Shown piece after piece: positions 26,218 to 40,596 of a DNA stretch of 64,000 nucleotides. Positions within the stretch are counted from its first letter, which is position 1. Every line of letters starts with the position of its first letter. The position numbers and the translations under genes are program-made. The stretch is from assembly GCA_016748015.1 (NCBI GenBank), contig JAAOMT010000760.1, positions 358,219-422,218 on the forward strand, in the 5' to 3' direction. The DNA is from Geosiphon pyriformis uo1. Taxonomy: Eukaryota > Fungi > Glomeromycota. The notes under the pieces were generated by a model. That model saw only the letters and a program-made list of their open reading frames with translations, was not told the origin of the DNA and made no database searches.

Positions 26218-26915
26218 TGTTATGGTTGAAATCCATATTTTTTATTAATTATCACATGTATTAGCCACTGATGTCATATAATTAGCTATCCTATTTTTAG
26301 ATAGTAATTATTGACCTGATCAATGACCTGACCATTAACTTGATCATTGACTTAATAATTGATTTAATCATTAATCTAGTTATTAATTTAATTATTGACT
26401 ATTTTTAATAGCTATATAAGTGATAAATCTCTTAGCTGTAGAAATACATGGTAGAAAACAAAACATGTTAGAAATCAAGAAAATTAAATAAATAAAATAA
26501 CAACTTTTATCTTAATCTTTTTTTTATTGCTAATTTTTTTTTCTACTTTTAAGTATCTAAATATTTTGGAATAAAAGATTACTTGTTGGTTATTTTTTAT
26601 CCTTTTCCTAAAATGTGTAATTAAAGCATTTGAAGATTATTAAATAAAACGTAACTAAAGAGTATATTTGATATCTGATATTGAATTCTAAAAGCATTGA
26701 CATAAAGCATAAAATTATACCAATATGTAATTATTTGTTAACAGTACAAACTATTTTTCTACCTTTAAATTCTCTGGTTATTTTTTGAAAAGTATAATGA
26801 CTGAGATATTTTATGAGACTGATTTCACACATTGAATCCATACTTATTCAATTTGCTCTTTGAAGTTGAATTTTTTTTGATTCTTTTCATTAACTTGTTA
26901 TTCCAATTCATAACA
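26218..26915 (+). repeat. Element A 5' LTR
   Basis: TGTTATG...CATAACA termini. About 8 copies of a 12-mer (ATTGACCTGATC-like) at 26310-26400. Confidence 0.9.
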
Positions 26916-26921
26916 TAAAAA

Positions 26922-26938
26922 TGGTGCTCTCTATAAGA
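26922..26938 (+). promoter_or_regulatory. Primer binding site of element A (eroded)
   Basis: TGGTGCTCTCTATAAG, a transition-eroded version of TGGTGCTCCCTGTGAG. Confidence 0.75.
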
Positions 26939-26999
26939 TTGTTAAAATTTACTTTGTTTTTAATTGTATAAGTAATTATTTATATCTGCCACAATAATC

Positions 27000-29900
27000 A
27001 GAAGAACATTTTAAAGCACACAACAAAAATAATCTAAACTTTATTGAACTTAATCCTTTGCCCTTCTGCTTGATTTGTTTTTCTATTAAAAAACAATCTA
27101 GTAGACAATTTCAAGACTTTTAGAACTGGTTTTTGAATAAGCATTCAGTTAAAATTTACATAGTTTATATAACCTATTACTTTGACCAAACTTATTTTAA
27201 AGACAACTTTGAAAAAAAAAACAACAGTATTAATCAGCTTTTATATTTCACAATCATTAAACAACAGTCTCCTGATTTGAAATACCTAAATTACCAAATT
27301 CACATTTGGATTGCTGCTCATTAGCTAGCTAAAACACCCTTTGAAACAAAAAAAAAAGCTATCAAACTGCTTCTGTTTTTGATCTCTTCTTAAGTAAATC
27401 AGAACATTCCACACAAACAGCTACTTCTGAATCAATGGCTAATAACCCTATGCAACAAAACATTTTAATCATCTTTTAAGACATACAAACTGCTTTAGGG
27501 CAAAAAAACAATACACTATTATCTTTATTTAGAGGTAATGCATAAGACCCAATTGAATAGTTAAATGATTTTAAAAAAACAGCTATTGCCAATTAATATG
27601 ATGCTAAATATAAGTTCCAAATCATTGGTAGCTATTTCCAAGACTCTTCTACTACTTGGTTTTTACAAAAAACTAATGCTGGTGCTTACCAAAGAATCAT
27701 TAGATAAACACTAACAAATGCTAAAGAAGAAAACACTTTTTTTACAACCTGGCTTGAAACTAAATTTAAAACTTCTATTTTAATCTCAAAATAACATATG
27801 AAATTAGAAAAAAAAACCCAAAGTCCTGGTGAAGTTGTAATTAAGTATGCCAAAGCCATTAAAAAACTAATTAAATGAGTAGACTCTAAAAGAAACTGGA
27901 CAAAAGAACAGAAAATTCACTCCTTTACAAAAGAATTGAAAACTGATTTTTTATATGCTCTTTGGCTTTTTCTGGCTCTAAAAGACAATTTTACAATGGA
28001 TATGACCATTGAATTTGTTCAACGAATTGAAAACAACCAAAGAATACACTTGAGATTTACACTTTTAGTTTTTGTTTCTGCTCCTGTTATGGCTTCTGCT
28101 CCTCAAATAGCTGTTACTTCTTTCACTGCCCAGACTTCAAATCCTAATAAACAATTGATAGATAAACTTACAGCCAATTTTGCCTAGTTATTAAAGCCCT
28201 TAACTTAAGCAGTCAGAAAAAATTAACAAACCCAAAGATTCAGATTTGAACTCCATTTTAATTAGCTCCAGCAACCCTCTTATCAAAGACAACAAAATTA
28301 TGACCTATCTGTGTGTTATTGCTGTGAATTAACTTAACATTTCTTCAGAGATTGCAACAATCTTCCATTGCCTTTTCCAGTTCCTAAAAACAATAACAAT
28401 CAAAATAATAGAACCATTAATAACAATATTCTCAATTAAAGACCCAATTATGCCAACATCAATTTCTTTAAAGAAGATCCTCTAGTTGAAGCCACTGTTT
28501 ATTAGTCTTTAAACTGGTAAACACACCTCCAAAGGGTGAAAGTGCAAGCCAATCCAAAAAAAACCCCTTTTATGCTTTTAATTTAATTAATAATAATCAT
28601 GACATAGATGAACTAGTAATTAACACTTTTGAATCAACAAAAAAAAAGAAGGCCAAGATTGATTTCGTTCTGGATTCAAATAAAGCATTCACATCAACTG
28701 CTAATAACAAAAAGCCACCAAAAACTAAAATTTTTAAGAATTCTTTAAAGTTAAAACTCCCAAAAATAGTACAGAAATCTGGTTTTTATTCCATTGTTAA
28801 AGATTTCATGGAGACTCTAGCACACATTACATTTGGCCAACTAATAACTCATCTACAGTTCAGAAAAGATTTTTGCAAATTATTAATACCAAAAAAGAAA
28901 ACACCAAAGACCAACAAACATCTCCACCAAGTTGAACTTGCTAATAACAGCAATATTACCCCTTTAATTTGTAAAGCCCAAGTGGCTGGTTACTTTATTG
29001 ATTTGATTCTAGACAGTAGATCATTTGTTAGTGTAATTGCTAAACATTTCCTGAAAGCCATTAATAGAAAATTGATGAATCTTCAACCTAGTCTATGACC
29101 AATATACATGGTAACAAGAAAAAAGATCTGGGCATAGCCAAAGCTGTTTTTGTTTGTATTAATGACATCAGCATTAAAACTAACATAGAAGTATTTGAAG
29201 CAAAAGAATACACCATAATTGTTGGCAATAAGTGGCTTAAGAAAGCCAAAGTCTTACTTGACTATAAATTTTGTGAACTAACCATCAGATGTAGTGAAAA
29301 GCCTATTGTGGTTAAGTGCTATTATTGAACAACTCCTTTAGTACCCAAGCAAAGCCAAAAAAAAACAATTAGATGAATCAGATAATGATAAGAGTAATGA
29401 AAAAAAAAATTAAGAAGAACAAGAAAAACTGCTAAACTTGTTTATATCATCTTTACCAGCAATGGCAAGCTACTAGACAATGTTAAAACTAACAAAAAAG
29501 GAATTGTGGTAAATGGCAAAATAATTTGCTGGCTCTATGATGATATTCTCAGAAGAACCTTTGATAGAAAATCTGACAAGAAAGCAAAATACAGCTATTG
29601 GTGGCATGGTTTTTGTGCCAGGTGCTGGTGCAATAAACTTTTGTATTTTTCTAGTAATAAGTGCAAGTTCTGTCTAATTTATTACAAAGATTAGGAGTCA
29701 ATTAGTTTAATATCTAGAAAAAAACTAAAAAAAGTACAGAAGTCCTTTAAAAATGAACTATCTAAAATCCAATTACTAATTATAAAACAAAGAGAACCTT
29801 TTTCTAAAGAAAGAAAAGTAGATATTGAAAATCTGTGGACTAGAAATAGTCTAGTTATCTCAAAAGAAAGTGATATCTCTAAATGAATTTATATAATACA

Positions 29901-31195
29901 ACATATTATTACCACCAAAAAAACTTGCCCAATCTATTTGAAGTCTTATTAGTCCAATTAATGCAATGATAAGTTTATTAAAAAAGAGATAATCTGAATA
30001 AAAAATCTTGGATTCATACAAAAAACCAAGAGTGAATAAGTTTTTCCAGTTGTAGTAATATTTAAGAAAGATAAAACCCTATATTTTTGTGTTGATTATT
30101 ATTAATTAAATGCTATTATTATAAGAGACATATATCCACTTTGCAAAATTGATACAATACTAAACAAATTCAATAGTGCTGCTTTCTTTTCAACTATTGA
30201 CTTAACTGCTGAATTCTGACAAGTAGAGATGAATTCAGAAAGCAAAAAAAAACTGTCTTTATTATCAAGTATGATACATATAAATTTACAGTCTTGCCTT
30301 TTGGTCTTATTAATGCTTCTTTTACCTTTTAATGCTTAATGAACAAAGTATTTAAATCAATAAAAAAAAACTTTGTTCTAATTTACTTGGACAATATAAT
30401 AATATACTCAAAAACCTGAGATGAATATTTTAAACACTTGTAAAAAGTTTTTAATTTTCTCAAAAATGTTGGTCTTAAGATTAATCCAATTAAGTTTTTT
30501 TTTAAACAACAATCCACACAGTTTTTTGGTTATTTTATTACAAAAAATAGAATTTTTTCTGATTTAGTTAGGATTAAAAAAGTCCAAAATATTAAACAAC
30601 CAATAAATGTTCATAAACTATGCTTTTTTCTTGGTTTGGTCTCTTATTATTGCAAATTTGTTAAAAATTTCTCCAAAATCATCTTTTTTTTTAATCAGTT
30701 ACTAAAAAAAAATGTCAATTACTACTAGGGTACATATCAACAAAAAGCATTTAAAACTTTGAAAGAAAAATTGGTTACAGAATCTATTTTTATACAACCT
30801 AATTTTGATTAACTTTTTATTTTTCATATTGATGTATTTAAATATAGATTTAATGCTATTTTTTTACAGAAAAATAAAAATAACAAAAAACATACAATAA
30901 CATATGTTAATAAAACACTCTTACCAGCAGAACAAAACTATTCAATTACTAAGCAAGAATGCTTAGCAGTAGTTTAGACTATTAATTACTGAGATAAATA
31001 TTTTTTTGGTGTAAAATTCTTAGTAATAACAGATTATCAAGCTTTGATTTAACTACACAACAAAAAAAAGCTAAAACACAAAAGAATAACTTACTGAATA
31101 CTCTACTTAAATAAATTTAACTATGATATACAATATTACAAAAGAGCTAATTATCAAAATGCCAACATTTTCTTTAAACTTATTATCCAATAATA
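27000..31195 (+). pseudogene. Element A gag-PR-RT-RNase H
   Basis: Gag knuckle CYCC..HFFRDC at ~28313-28355, protease LILDSRS at ~29002, RT FCVDY, LPFGL and YLDN (~30384), and RH KQECLAVV and ITDY. The start is approximate. Confidence 0.88.
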
Positions 31196-31252
31196 GTATA
31201 ATCTTCTTAAACCAAATCAACTTAATTATTAGTAACTTTTTTTTAAATAAAT

Positions 31253-32520
31253 ATGATAATAGACTTGAACAACTATTTTACATTAATAAAATTTTTGAAT
31301 AAAGAACAATACCCATTAGATTACATTTAACAACAAAAAAAACATTTGCACAAACAATTAAATTTTTATTTGATTCATCAGAATCAATTTTACAAAAAAA
31401 ATAAAAAAAATTCTGACTGTTTCCAAAGAGTCATCAGATTTGAAGAAAAAAAAATTATAATTTACAACATATATACTAATTTATTAGCTAGACACTTTTA
31501 AAAAAAAACAATTCAGAAAATTTTAGCTTGCTATTATTGATTTATCTTAGAAAAAGATATTGTTGAGTACATTAAAATCTGTAATATTTATCAAAAAAGA
31601 GAAAAATCCAATTACAAGAAAAATATTCATTCAATTTCAGTTAATTAATTATTTAAACAGAATTAGTATAAATATTGTTGGATTTTTAACAATAATTTCT
31701 AATGGCAACAAATATATTATTACAACTACCAACTATCTTACAAAATAAGTAAAAGCAAGAGCTATTTTTGATCAAACAGTAGTTTCTATTGCCAATTTTA
31801 TTTATAAAAATATAATTTGTTATCATGGCTGCTCTAAAAAACTTTTATTTAACAAAAAAAAAGCTTTTCTTAGTACTCTGGTTAAAAAACTTTGTAGAAA
31901 AATGAGAATATGTCATAAACTCTTTTTTTTTATTACTTTTAAATAAATGGTCTAATAGAATATTTCAATAAAACTCTATATAAAACTTTAACCAAAACCA
32001 GTAAAGAAACAAACTTATAAGACAAAGTACTATCTTTAGCTTTGTTTGCTTATAGAACTGTGAATTATAACATAACAAGTTATAAATCTTTTTATCTACT
32101 TTATGAATAAATAGCAACTTTACAAATAAAAACTAATATTGAAACAATATTCTTTAAAAAAATAATAATAGGAAATTACAAAGATGTTTTGTAAAAAAGA
32201 CTTAGTACTATTTTTGACTTCTTAGTAAAAACATAAATAATTGTCTTTGAAAAGATAAAGCAATTTCAAAAAAAGCTTAAAAAGAAAAAAATCTATAAAA
32301 CACTTTTCTTAAGTATTGGTGACTTAATTTTAGAATATTATTTAAACAGAAACAATGTTTATGGTAATAAATTTTCTAGCCAATAGAAAAAACAATGGTA
32401 TATATTTTATAAGATCAATATAGAACAATCTTTAATAATTACTTTGTTCATAATACACAACTTAAAAAATATTACAAACAACCTAATTAGTTATTTGTTG
32501 TAGTAATATTAATTCAAATA
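31253..32520 (+). pseudogene. Element A integrase (own ATG)
   Basis: IKICNIYQ zinc remnant, GNKYIITTTNYLTK, NGLIEYFNKTL and LFAYRT. Confidence 0.85.
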
Positions 32521-32545
32521 ATTAACAAAAATCAGATACAAATAA

Positions 32546-33200
32546 ATGCATTTTTCCCAAAACAGAAGTATCTTCAATTAATATAAACAAATATTTTCTA
32601 AATCAAAACATTCAAAATACTTTCTATACTTTTTATAAGTATTAAATCAAAAATTATCCAAATGCTACTCTAATCATTGGAAAACAAACTACCATAACTG
32701 ATAACAATAAAACATATATTGTTATTAAACCAAAGAAAACTATTATCAAAAGGGGAAGAATTGATAATAAAATAGATAAATATTTGCTAAAAAGTATAAC
32801 AACAATGATACTTATACCTTCTATTACAATTGAAAAAATAATTAAAAAAATTTTGTTCATAGACAAAAACTTGTTATATAGAAGACAATTAAAGCTCTAT
32901 GGTCACCTTGGTGAAATTATGAAAAATATATAGCTTATAAAGAAAACAACTTTAAAGATACAAGTAAAAATTTTGGGCATTATATAGTTAAATGTCTTAA
33001 GAGTTTTAATCATTGCAAAAAAAGCCAAAACTTTTATACAAAAATTTGGTTTTTTAGATACAAAGCTTATTTTATTTTAAGTACTATACATTCTATCCAC
33101 AAAAACTTTACCAAACTATTTAGTTTTGAGTTAGATAAAATCTTTTAAATAAAATATCTCATAAATAGTTTAATTTTACTGAAACTTAATCTTTTTAAAG
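32546..33200 (+). pseudogene. Element A 3' extra ORF, unknown function
   Basis: Decayed ~210-codon frame between the integrase and the PPT (LLYRRQLKLYGHLGEIM). Confidence 0.5.
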
Positions 33201-33207
33201 AAAATAA

Positions 33208-33828
33208 TATTATGATTAAAACTCATAGTTTTTATTAGTTATCACATGTATTAGTTACTGATGTTATATAATTAGCCATCCTATTTTTAAATAGTAATTA
33301 TTAACCACTTTTAATAGCTATATAAGCAATGAGTCTTTCAAATATAGAAAAACATATAGCAATTGATTAAGAATAAATAAAATAACAACTATTATCTTAA
33401 TTTTTTTTCTATTGCTTATTTTTTTTTTCTTATTTTTAAGTATCTTAACATCTTGAAATAAAAGATTACTTATTGGCATTTATCTACTCTTTTCTTGACT
33501 TGTATAATTGTAATATTTAAAAATTATTAAATAAAACATGACTAAAAAGTATATCTAATATCAAATTCTAAAAGTGCTAATGTAAAGCATAGAATTATAC
33601 CAGTGTATTATTATTTGTTAACAATACAAATTATTTTTTTACTATTAGATTCTCTGGTTATTTTTTGAAAAAAATAGTAACTAAAATATTTTATAAGATT
33701 GATCTTATATATTAAATCTATACTTATTTAATTTGCTTTTTAAAGCTGAATCCTTTTTAATTAATTCTATTATCCTACAATTCTGTTCTCTTTTGCTATC
33801 TATTAGCTTGTTACTTCAATTTATAACA
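33208..33828 (+). repeat. Element A 3' LTR
   Basis: Aligns to 26218-26915 and follows an eroded purine tract. It lacks the 12-mer array. Confidence 0.9.
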
Positions 33829-35787
33829 ATATTATTTATAAAATAGTGTGTCTATTAACCAATAAAGTGTTTATGAAAAAATAGTTCAAGAATTATAATG
33901 GTATTTTTACTAGAAAATTTTTTAAGTTTTATAAATTGGAAGTTTTGATGTTGAAAAATTGCTAAGTTTTTATGTATAGAGCTTAATAATGAACTTGCTT
34001 CTTTGATAAGATAATAAATATCTTTGGATGGTAATAAAACTTCAAATATTTAAGTTTTATTAAACTTTGATGCTAATTTTAATAATATAAGATCTGTTTT
34101 TTCTGGTGTAAGAAAATTCTATCATGCTTTTAAGTTTGCTGAATTACTAAGAACTAAGGAATTAAATATTAAATCTGCTATTAACAAGTGTATAGAAAGC
34201 TTTGCTGTCAATAAAAGCTATATAATTAGAAGTATATTAAAGTATCTATTTTAAAAAATAGTTTTAGACTATTTGGTTGTTATAATAAATTGATTTTGAA
34301 TTCTAAAGAAATTAAATTTAAGATTAATGTGATAATAAAAAGTTGGATAAGAAAAAAGTTAGTTTTAAACAGTGTTTTTGACTAGTAATATTATCAATAT
34401 TTGCTGTTGGCTTATGTAGATAATAATGTTTTTTCTGGTGTTATAAATACTATTGCTTATAATAATATAATACAGATAATTAAGAATTTGCTTAATGAAA
34501 AGTTCACTGGTTTGTTTAATATTACTAATAAGCTTTGAAAACATTGTGATACTTTGGTTTTCAAAATGTTTTTGGATGTTTTAAATTCTTGTTTGGTGTG
34601 TAAATTTGTACTCCAATCTTAGAAAGAGGCTTAAGTATTAATAATTCCTAAATCTTATAAATAAAAAAATATTTTAACCAATACTAAGCCAATTGCTTTA
34701 ATTAAAACTGTTCAAAATTTTTTTTAAAATACTTTTTAATAAGATTTTAGTGGTCTATAATAGATTTAATGTTTTTTATGATAACAATTTTTCTGTATTA
34801 AAAGACATTATTACTTAGTTTTTAGTCTTTACAGTGGGCTTAATAATTGAAAATGCATTAAAAAAAAATTATAAACTTTGGCTGATCTTATAAAACATAT
34901 AAAAAACTTATAATTTTGTTGACTAACTTTATTTAAAAAATAGTTTGGTTTAGATAAAATATGTAAGCAATTTATTAGGTTCTTTGATAATATTCACAAT
35001 AATAGAATTAATTGGTTATGACAAATTATGAATTTATGAATAAGTACAAAATATATAATAATCTGAATTACAGTAAAGTTTTCTTCTTTTTGCTTTGAAA
35101 AATTTTTTATGATTTCTTTTTATGTAAAATTAAAAGACATAAGAACTTATGTAGTTATTTTATTAATATTAAGTTTGTTGCTAAAATTAATAAGATCAAA
35201 AACCAAGCTGAATTGACTTTTTATCTAATAGTTAGTGTTTTTATTAATAACACAATTTAAATAAAGAGTAGTTAAACTGCTACTTAATATATTTTAAATA
35301 TTGTTAGTAAGTTTTTTAATATTAATAATATTTCAATTAACAATAAAAAAAACTGTGATCATCTCTATCAATCAAAAAATCAGTAATGTTTTATTGTTAA
35401 TAAGTGATCTACTTATTTTCATTGCACAAAAAAAGAGTTTAATAGGTATTTAAGTATTTTTTTGTTTTCTAAAAATTTGTTTAAATCTAGTTTAATAAAA
35501 ACTTACTTGAATATCAGATTTTTTTGCCAATATGGTCTTAAAAAAAACTATTTTTGAACAAATAGTTTTTTTATTTGGTCTTGGCTATACTGCAATCTAT
35601 TGTTAGTTATAGAACTCAATTCAGTTTTGTCTTTAGAAATGTATATATAACAAATAAAATACATTAATTAAGAAAAATTTAAAAGTAAAAGCTGATTTAC
35701 CAAAGAATTTTTTCAATAAAACTCTTTATTATTTATCTTTGTATGGCTTAAAAACATTTAAGCAAGTATAAACAAAAAGTAAGATGA
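33829..35787 (+). pseudogene. LINE ORF2 fragment (linker + RT), heavily eroded
   Basis: IIYKIVCL..FKFYKLEVL, TKPIALIKT, FSSLL*KIFYD and LYGLKTFKQV are collinear with LINE copy 2. Cut by the LTR of element M. Confidence 0.85.
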
Positions 35788-36729
35788 TATTACAGATGAT
35801 TATTTAAATGGTTAGAATAAATAACAAACTTGTAACTTGGTGCTTAATAGCTAATATTGTTGGTAATATTTGAAAGTTTTGGTTAAGTCTTTTGTATAAT
35901 AGACAAAAATTCAATGGTAATATTCTTTGGTGATGTTTTTAGTGTTTTTCTAACTCTTGAGTTAATGTATTTTGTTGTCTATTACTTTCCGGAATATTTA
36001 TATTCTGTCAAATTTTTTTTCAGCTTGGTGGTCAGTATTTTCTGATAAGTTATCTTCAATTTCGAGTGTCTATTCTTATTTCTGAGTTTTTTACCAGTAC
36101 TATATCTTGATGTCAGTACTCTACACATTAATTTTTTTAATTAATTAGTAAATTAACAACAAAAATAAAGACAGAAAAGAAAATAAAAAAAAATAAAAAA
36201 AATAAATAAACAAAAATAAAGAAAAAAAAATTTAATATCTTATTAATAGTTGTAATTAAGAGTTACTGTTTCAGTATGGTTAAATGTTAGATATTATTAA
36301 TATGAATTATTAATAAATAGAAAAGTAGTTAAATGTTCAAACAAATAATAACAACATAAGTTGGATGATAATAAGTATGTTTTTATTTGATATTCTGTTG
36401 ATAAATTTACTTCAATAAATATTAACTATCTATAAAGTGAGGGGTAATTAATAGATAAGAAAGGAAATACTAAACTAGAACTGGATTTTGTCTTTTCTCA
36501 CTTTTAATACTATTGCTATATATACATAGTCAGTATTATATTTCTAGAAATCTTGTGATTTCTTTAGAGGAATTCTGGAATCCTGCAATTTTTTGTGAAA
36601 AATTCTAGAATTCTGGGATTCTGGAACCTTGTAATTCCTTTAGAAGAATCCTAAAATTCTTCTGTTATTACATCTACTTTTGATTGGCTATTCCTTTAAC
36701 TATAATATTTCTAATTTCTATAAGTAACA
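35788..36729 (-). repeat. Element M 3' LTR
   Basis: On the minus strand it reads TGTTACTTA...CTGTAATA. The PPT is at 36733-36745. Homologous to the P1 LTRs. Confidence 0.88.
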
Positions 36730-36743
36730 TTATTCTCTTTTTT

Positions 36744-37399
36744 TTAATATTGAGCTCCATCAAAATCTTCTAAACTTTCTAAATTTTTCTCTTGAATTAA
36801 CTCTATAACTTCTTTTTTTAGAATTGCTTTTGTAATTTTGGTTTGTAATTTTTCAAATTGGGTATTGATTAATTTTTCCAATTAATTAATTGTTACAATA
36901 TCTATTGTTGGATGTAGTAATATTTCTAGTCTGTTTCGAAATTCCATTTATAGTCAGTAAATAGCTCTTACATATGTAAATAAATTGTTTTTTTTAACAA
37001 TTTGTTTAATTTGTTATAGTTAAATTGAATTAAATTTTCTTTTTGTTTTGTCAGTATATAAGTTTTTAATACTTAATTGTTGTCCCAACTAATAGTAACA
37101 AAAGTTTTTTGGATTTTGTTGTATCTATTGGCTTCAATTTCTAAGATTTATTTTTCTTCTGGTATTAGTATTCTTGAATCTTCTAATGTTTTTTCTATCT
37201 TTCTTATTATCTTATTTATAGTGTTTCCAAAAGTGTAGTGTTTATAATATTACTCTTTGATTTGGTTTTTTTGCATTATTTTCTTGTCTTTGTATTAAAT
37301 TATGTGTTTATTAATAGTGATTTCTAAGCTTGATTTCTGTTGTTAAATTAATTGTAATAGTTGTTGTGTGAGTGAGTAGATGTTGTTAGTAATTTCTAT
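36744..37399 (-). pseudogene. Element M ORF3 (env-position ORF, unknown function)
   Basis: Homologous to 61815-62450, including the terminal AQY* at the PPT. Confidence 0.7.
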
Positions 37400-37465
37400 T
37401 TTTTTTTGTTGTTGTTTTTTTTTTTGCACATGCTGGTTTCTTATATACTGTTATAGTAAATTACT

Positions 37466-38829
37466 TTAACATGTTTGCTTTGATGATAATAATTGGTTCT
37501 AGATCTTATAGAATCTTATTTGGTTTGACTAATATTCTTTGTACTTTCAGTTGTAGAATATTATTGATAGATGTTAATGCTATATTGTGATATGGTTTTA
37601 GTCAATCTCTATGTGCTGCTTTAGCTAAGATTTTGTTGTCTTATTTTAGTTTATAAGCTTTATTTTCTAGAATTTTTTTAATGTGAAATGGTCCATTTCA
37701 TTTGGGATCAAATTTTCCACTCCATTGTTTTTTTACTTTAGTACAATATAAAAATACTTTGTCTTCAATCTTAAATTCAACTGGCTTATTTGATAATTGG
37801 TTATGTCATTTTTTTTGTAACTTTTGAATGTTGTTAGCTGCTTTTTATCTTTTGTTTTCTAATATTTCTATTAGTTTATACATTTTTTTTAGCAATGTTT
37901 TTTGGAAGTTAACTTCTGTTATTGGTTTTGTTAAATATGTGTTAATGTCTATTTTAACTGATAATATTGTTGTTCCATCATAAACAAGTTCAAATAATGT
38001 TGCTTGTGTGGTATCTTGCTTTATTGTCCAATAAGCAAAAAGTATTGATGATATAAACAAATCTCATTTATTCTGGTTTTTTTGGCTGAATTTTGTTATT
38101 ATTTTATACAATTTCTATTAAACCTTTCTACTAAATTATTTGTTTATAAATAATATAATAATGATAATGGTTTTTTAATTCCAAATCTTTGACTTAATTC
38201 TGTTAATGTTTTGTTTACAAAATGAGTTCTTTGATTTGATAATAATTTTTTTAGAAATTCATGCTGACAAATTAAATTTTGGTAAACAAATTTGGCTATG
38301 GATTCTGTATCTGCTTTTTGGATTGTTTTTGCTTCTGGCCATTTTATAAAATAGTCCATAGCTACTGTTATATATTGGTTGCCTTTACTGGTTATTGTTA
38401 ATAGTCTAACTAAGTTAATTCCAATTTGATTAAATAATTGTTCTACTTTAATTGGTCTTAGTAGTTTACTTGGTTTTGTTCCTTTTTTTCTCTAATAAGC
38501 ATCACAATTTTAAACGTATTAAATGATATCTGAATACATTGATAACCAATAGTATTTTTTTTTGGTTTTTTTTATGGCTGCTTCTTTATAAAAATGTTTT
38601 GTTGTTGGATCTAAATGCATGTTGAATAGTATTGTTTTTTTTTCTGGTTCTGTGATAACTTTAAGTAGCTAATCTGAATATTTTCTGTTCTTCTAGTATA
38701 ATATATTTTGATAAGTAATAAAATATTTTGATTGTTGTTTATGTTGTTTTGTTCTTTTTGAGATAATTTCTTCTTAAACTGCTAAGTATTAATATAATGT
38801 TAGAATTGTTAATATTTTTGTGTGTTCAT
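37466..38829 (-). pseudogene. Element M integrase
   Basis: FNMHLDP, DYFIKWPEAK, LFAYWT and KFDPK*NGPFHI (GPY/F motif). No chromodomain is visible. Confidence 0.88.
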
Positions 38830-38859
38830 TTTTTGTTATATTTTTGGGTTAAAATGTTC

Positions 38860-40596
38860 TTAAATTTGTTTTATTTACAATAAACCATTAGCATTTCTGT
38901 TTTTTTTCCCTTTTTATAATGTATAATATAATTGAATAGTAATAGTTTTATTTTTTATCTTGCATAACAATTGTCTGCAAATTTTTGTTTCTGAATTGAT
39001 GTCAATTCTTTGTGATTAGTGTACACATCAAACTTTTGACTTAAGTATTTTTTCCATTTGATAACAGTTCAATAAATAGCCAAATGTTCTAATGCTAAAG
39101 TTTCATAATTTTTTTTGACTAGGCTTAAGCTTTGGCTAACATATGCTACTGGATGTTTTCTTCTATCTGGTTTTTTTTGTAATAATACTGCTCTAATACT
39201 TAATCAGATATATTAGTAGTAATAATGAATAATTTGCTATGATCTGGATAGATCAGTATTGGTGCTTAAATAAGCTTTTTTTTTAAGATATTAAAAGCTG
39301 CTTGTTAAGTTTCAGTCCATTTATATTTTACATTTTTTGCTTGGAGCTGGTAAAGTGGTTGAGCCAGTTTGGAAAAGTTTTGGATAAAACAGTGGTAGTA
39401 TTCAGCAAATTTCAAGAATGCTCTTAATTTTGTGAGATTTGTCAGTATTAAAAAGTTTTTGATATTTTCACTCTTATCTGGATCTATTTTGATGCCATTT
39501 TTGCTCATAATATGTTCCAAAAACTTGAGTTTAGTTTTCTCAAAGAAACATTTAGTTGTGTTCAATTTCAATTTAGCTTTTCTTAATCTCTTAAAAATTT
39601 GCTGAAAATGGTAGAGATAATTATCAAATATTTCTGAAAATACATTAATGTTATCTAAGTAGACTATTACTGATTTCTATAGTAATTCTGTATAGAAAAT
39701 TTCCATCAGCTATTGGAAGGTAGCTGGAGTATTTATTAAGCCAAAAGACATAACATTAAATTTAAAGTTCTTTTTTTTTGGTTGTGAACACTGTCTTTTT
39801 TTTATCAGCTGGATTTATGGTTATTTGCCAATAATCACTGTCTAGATCTAATATTAAAAACCATTTTTTTCTTCCAAATACATTGAATAATTTTTGAATT
39901 TGTGGAGTTAGATAATTGTCTTCACAAGTCATACTGTTGAGTTTTTTGTAATCTACACAAAAACAAATTTTCTCATTTTTCTTCTGAACTAATACTACTA
40001 ATAATGACCATGAACTCATTAATAGTTAAATTAATCTGTTGTTTAATATTCTGTTGATTTTTTGTCAAATGATTTCATGATTTGCTAGTAGTACTTAGTA
40101 TGTTCATTGTTTGATTAACATAGTATCTCCAGTTTTAATTTGATGTTGAATGATGTCAGTTCTGCCAAATTTGTTTTTACTGGCAAAAATATTAGTAAAA
40201 TTGTTAAATAGCATTTTGAGCTGCATATGTTGAAATAGATCTAAGTTTCCCAAGTTTATTTGGTTCACTTGTTCTGATTAAAGCAAATAACATTCTTCTT
40301 GTCCATATATAGTTTGTGATATAATATCCACATATCTGCACAGTTGTAAAAAATCTGGAATAATGTTTGGTGGTTGGTTTTTAACTTCAGTGCTTAAGTA
40401 TCTGATAGTGATACTGCTTGGTATTTTGATGGTATTTTCAATTGTATTGTAAATGGAAATTTTAATGTGTTTATAGTTCTTGGCTGGTATATAGATATTG
40501 GTAATTTCAATCTTTTCTGATTCACAAATAGTTGGTTTTGCTTCAAAAATCTGGGACTGGTCTTTTATTTTTCTTTCTATTACTAACATATACTGG
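38860..40596 (-). pseudogene. Element M RT-RNase H and pre-RT domain
   Basis: FCVDYKKLN, LDLDSDYWQ, YLDN and LRAFL. Confidence 0.9.

Larger units (their letters stand above)
26218..33828 (+). mobile_element. Ty3/Gypsy LTR retrotransposon A (no dUTPase), degenerate
   Basis: Two LTRs, PBS, gag, PR, RT, RH, IN and a 3' extra ORF. ATAT lies on both flanks (26214-26217, 33829-33832). Confidence 0.92.
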
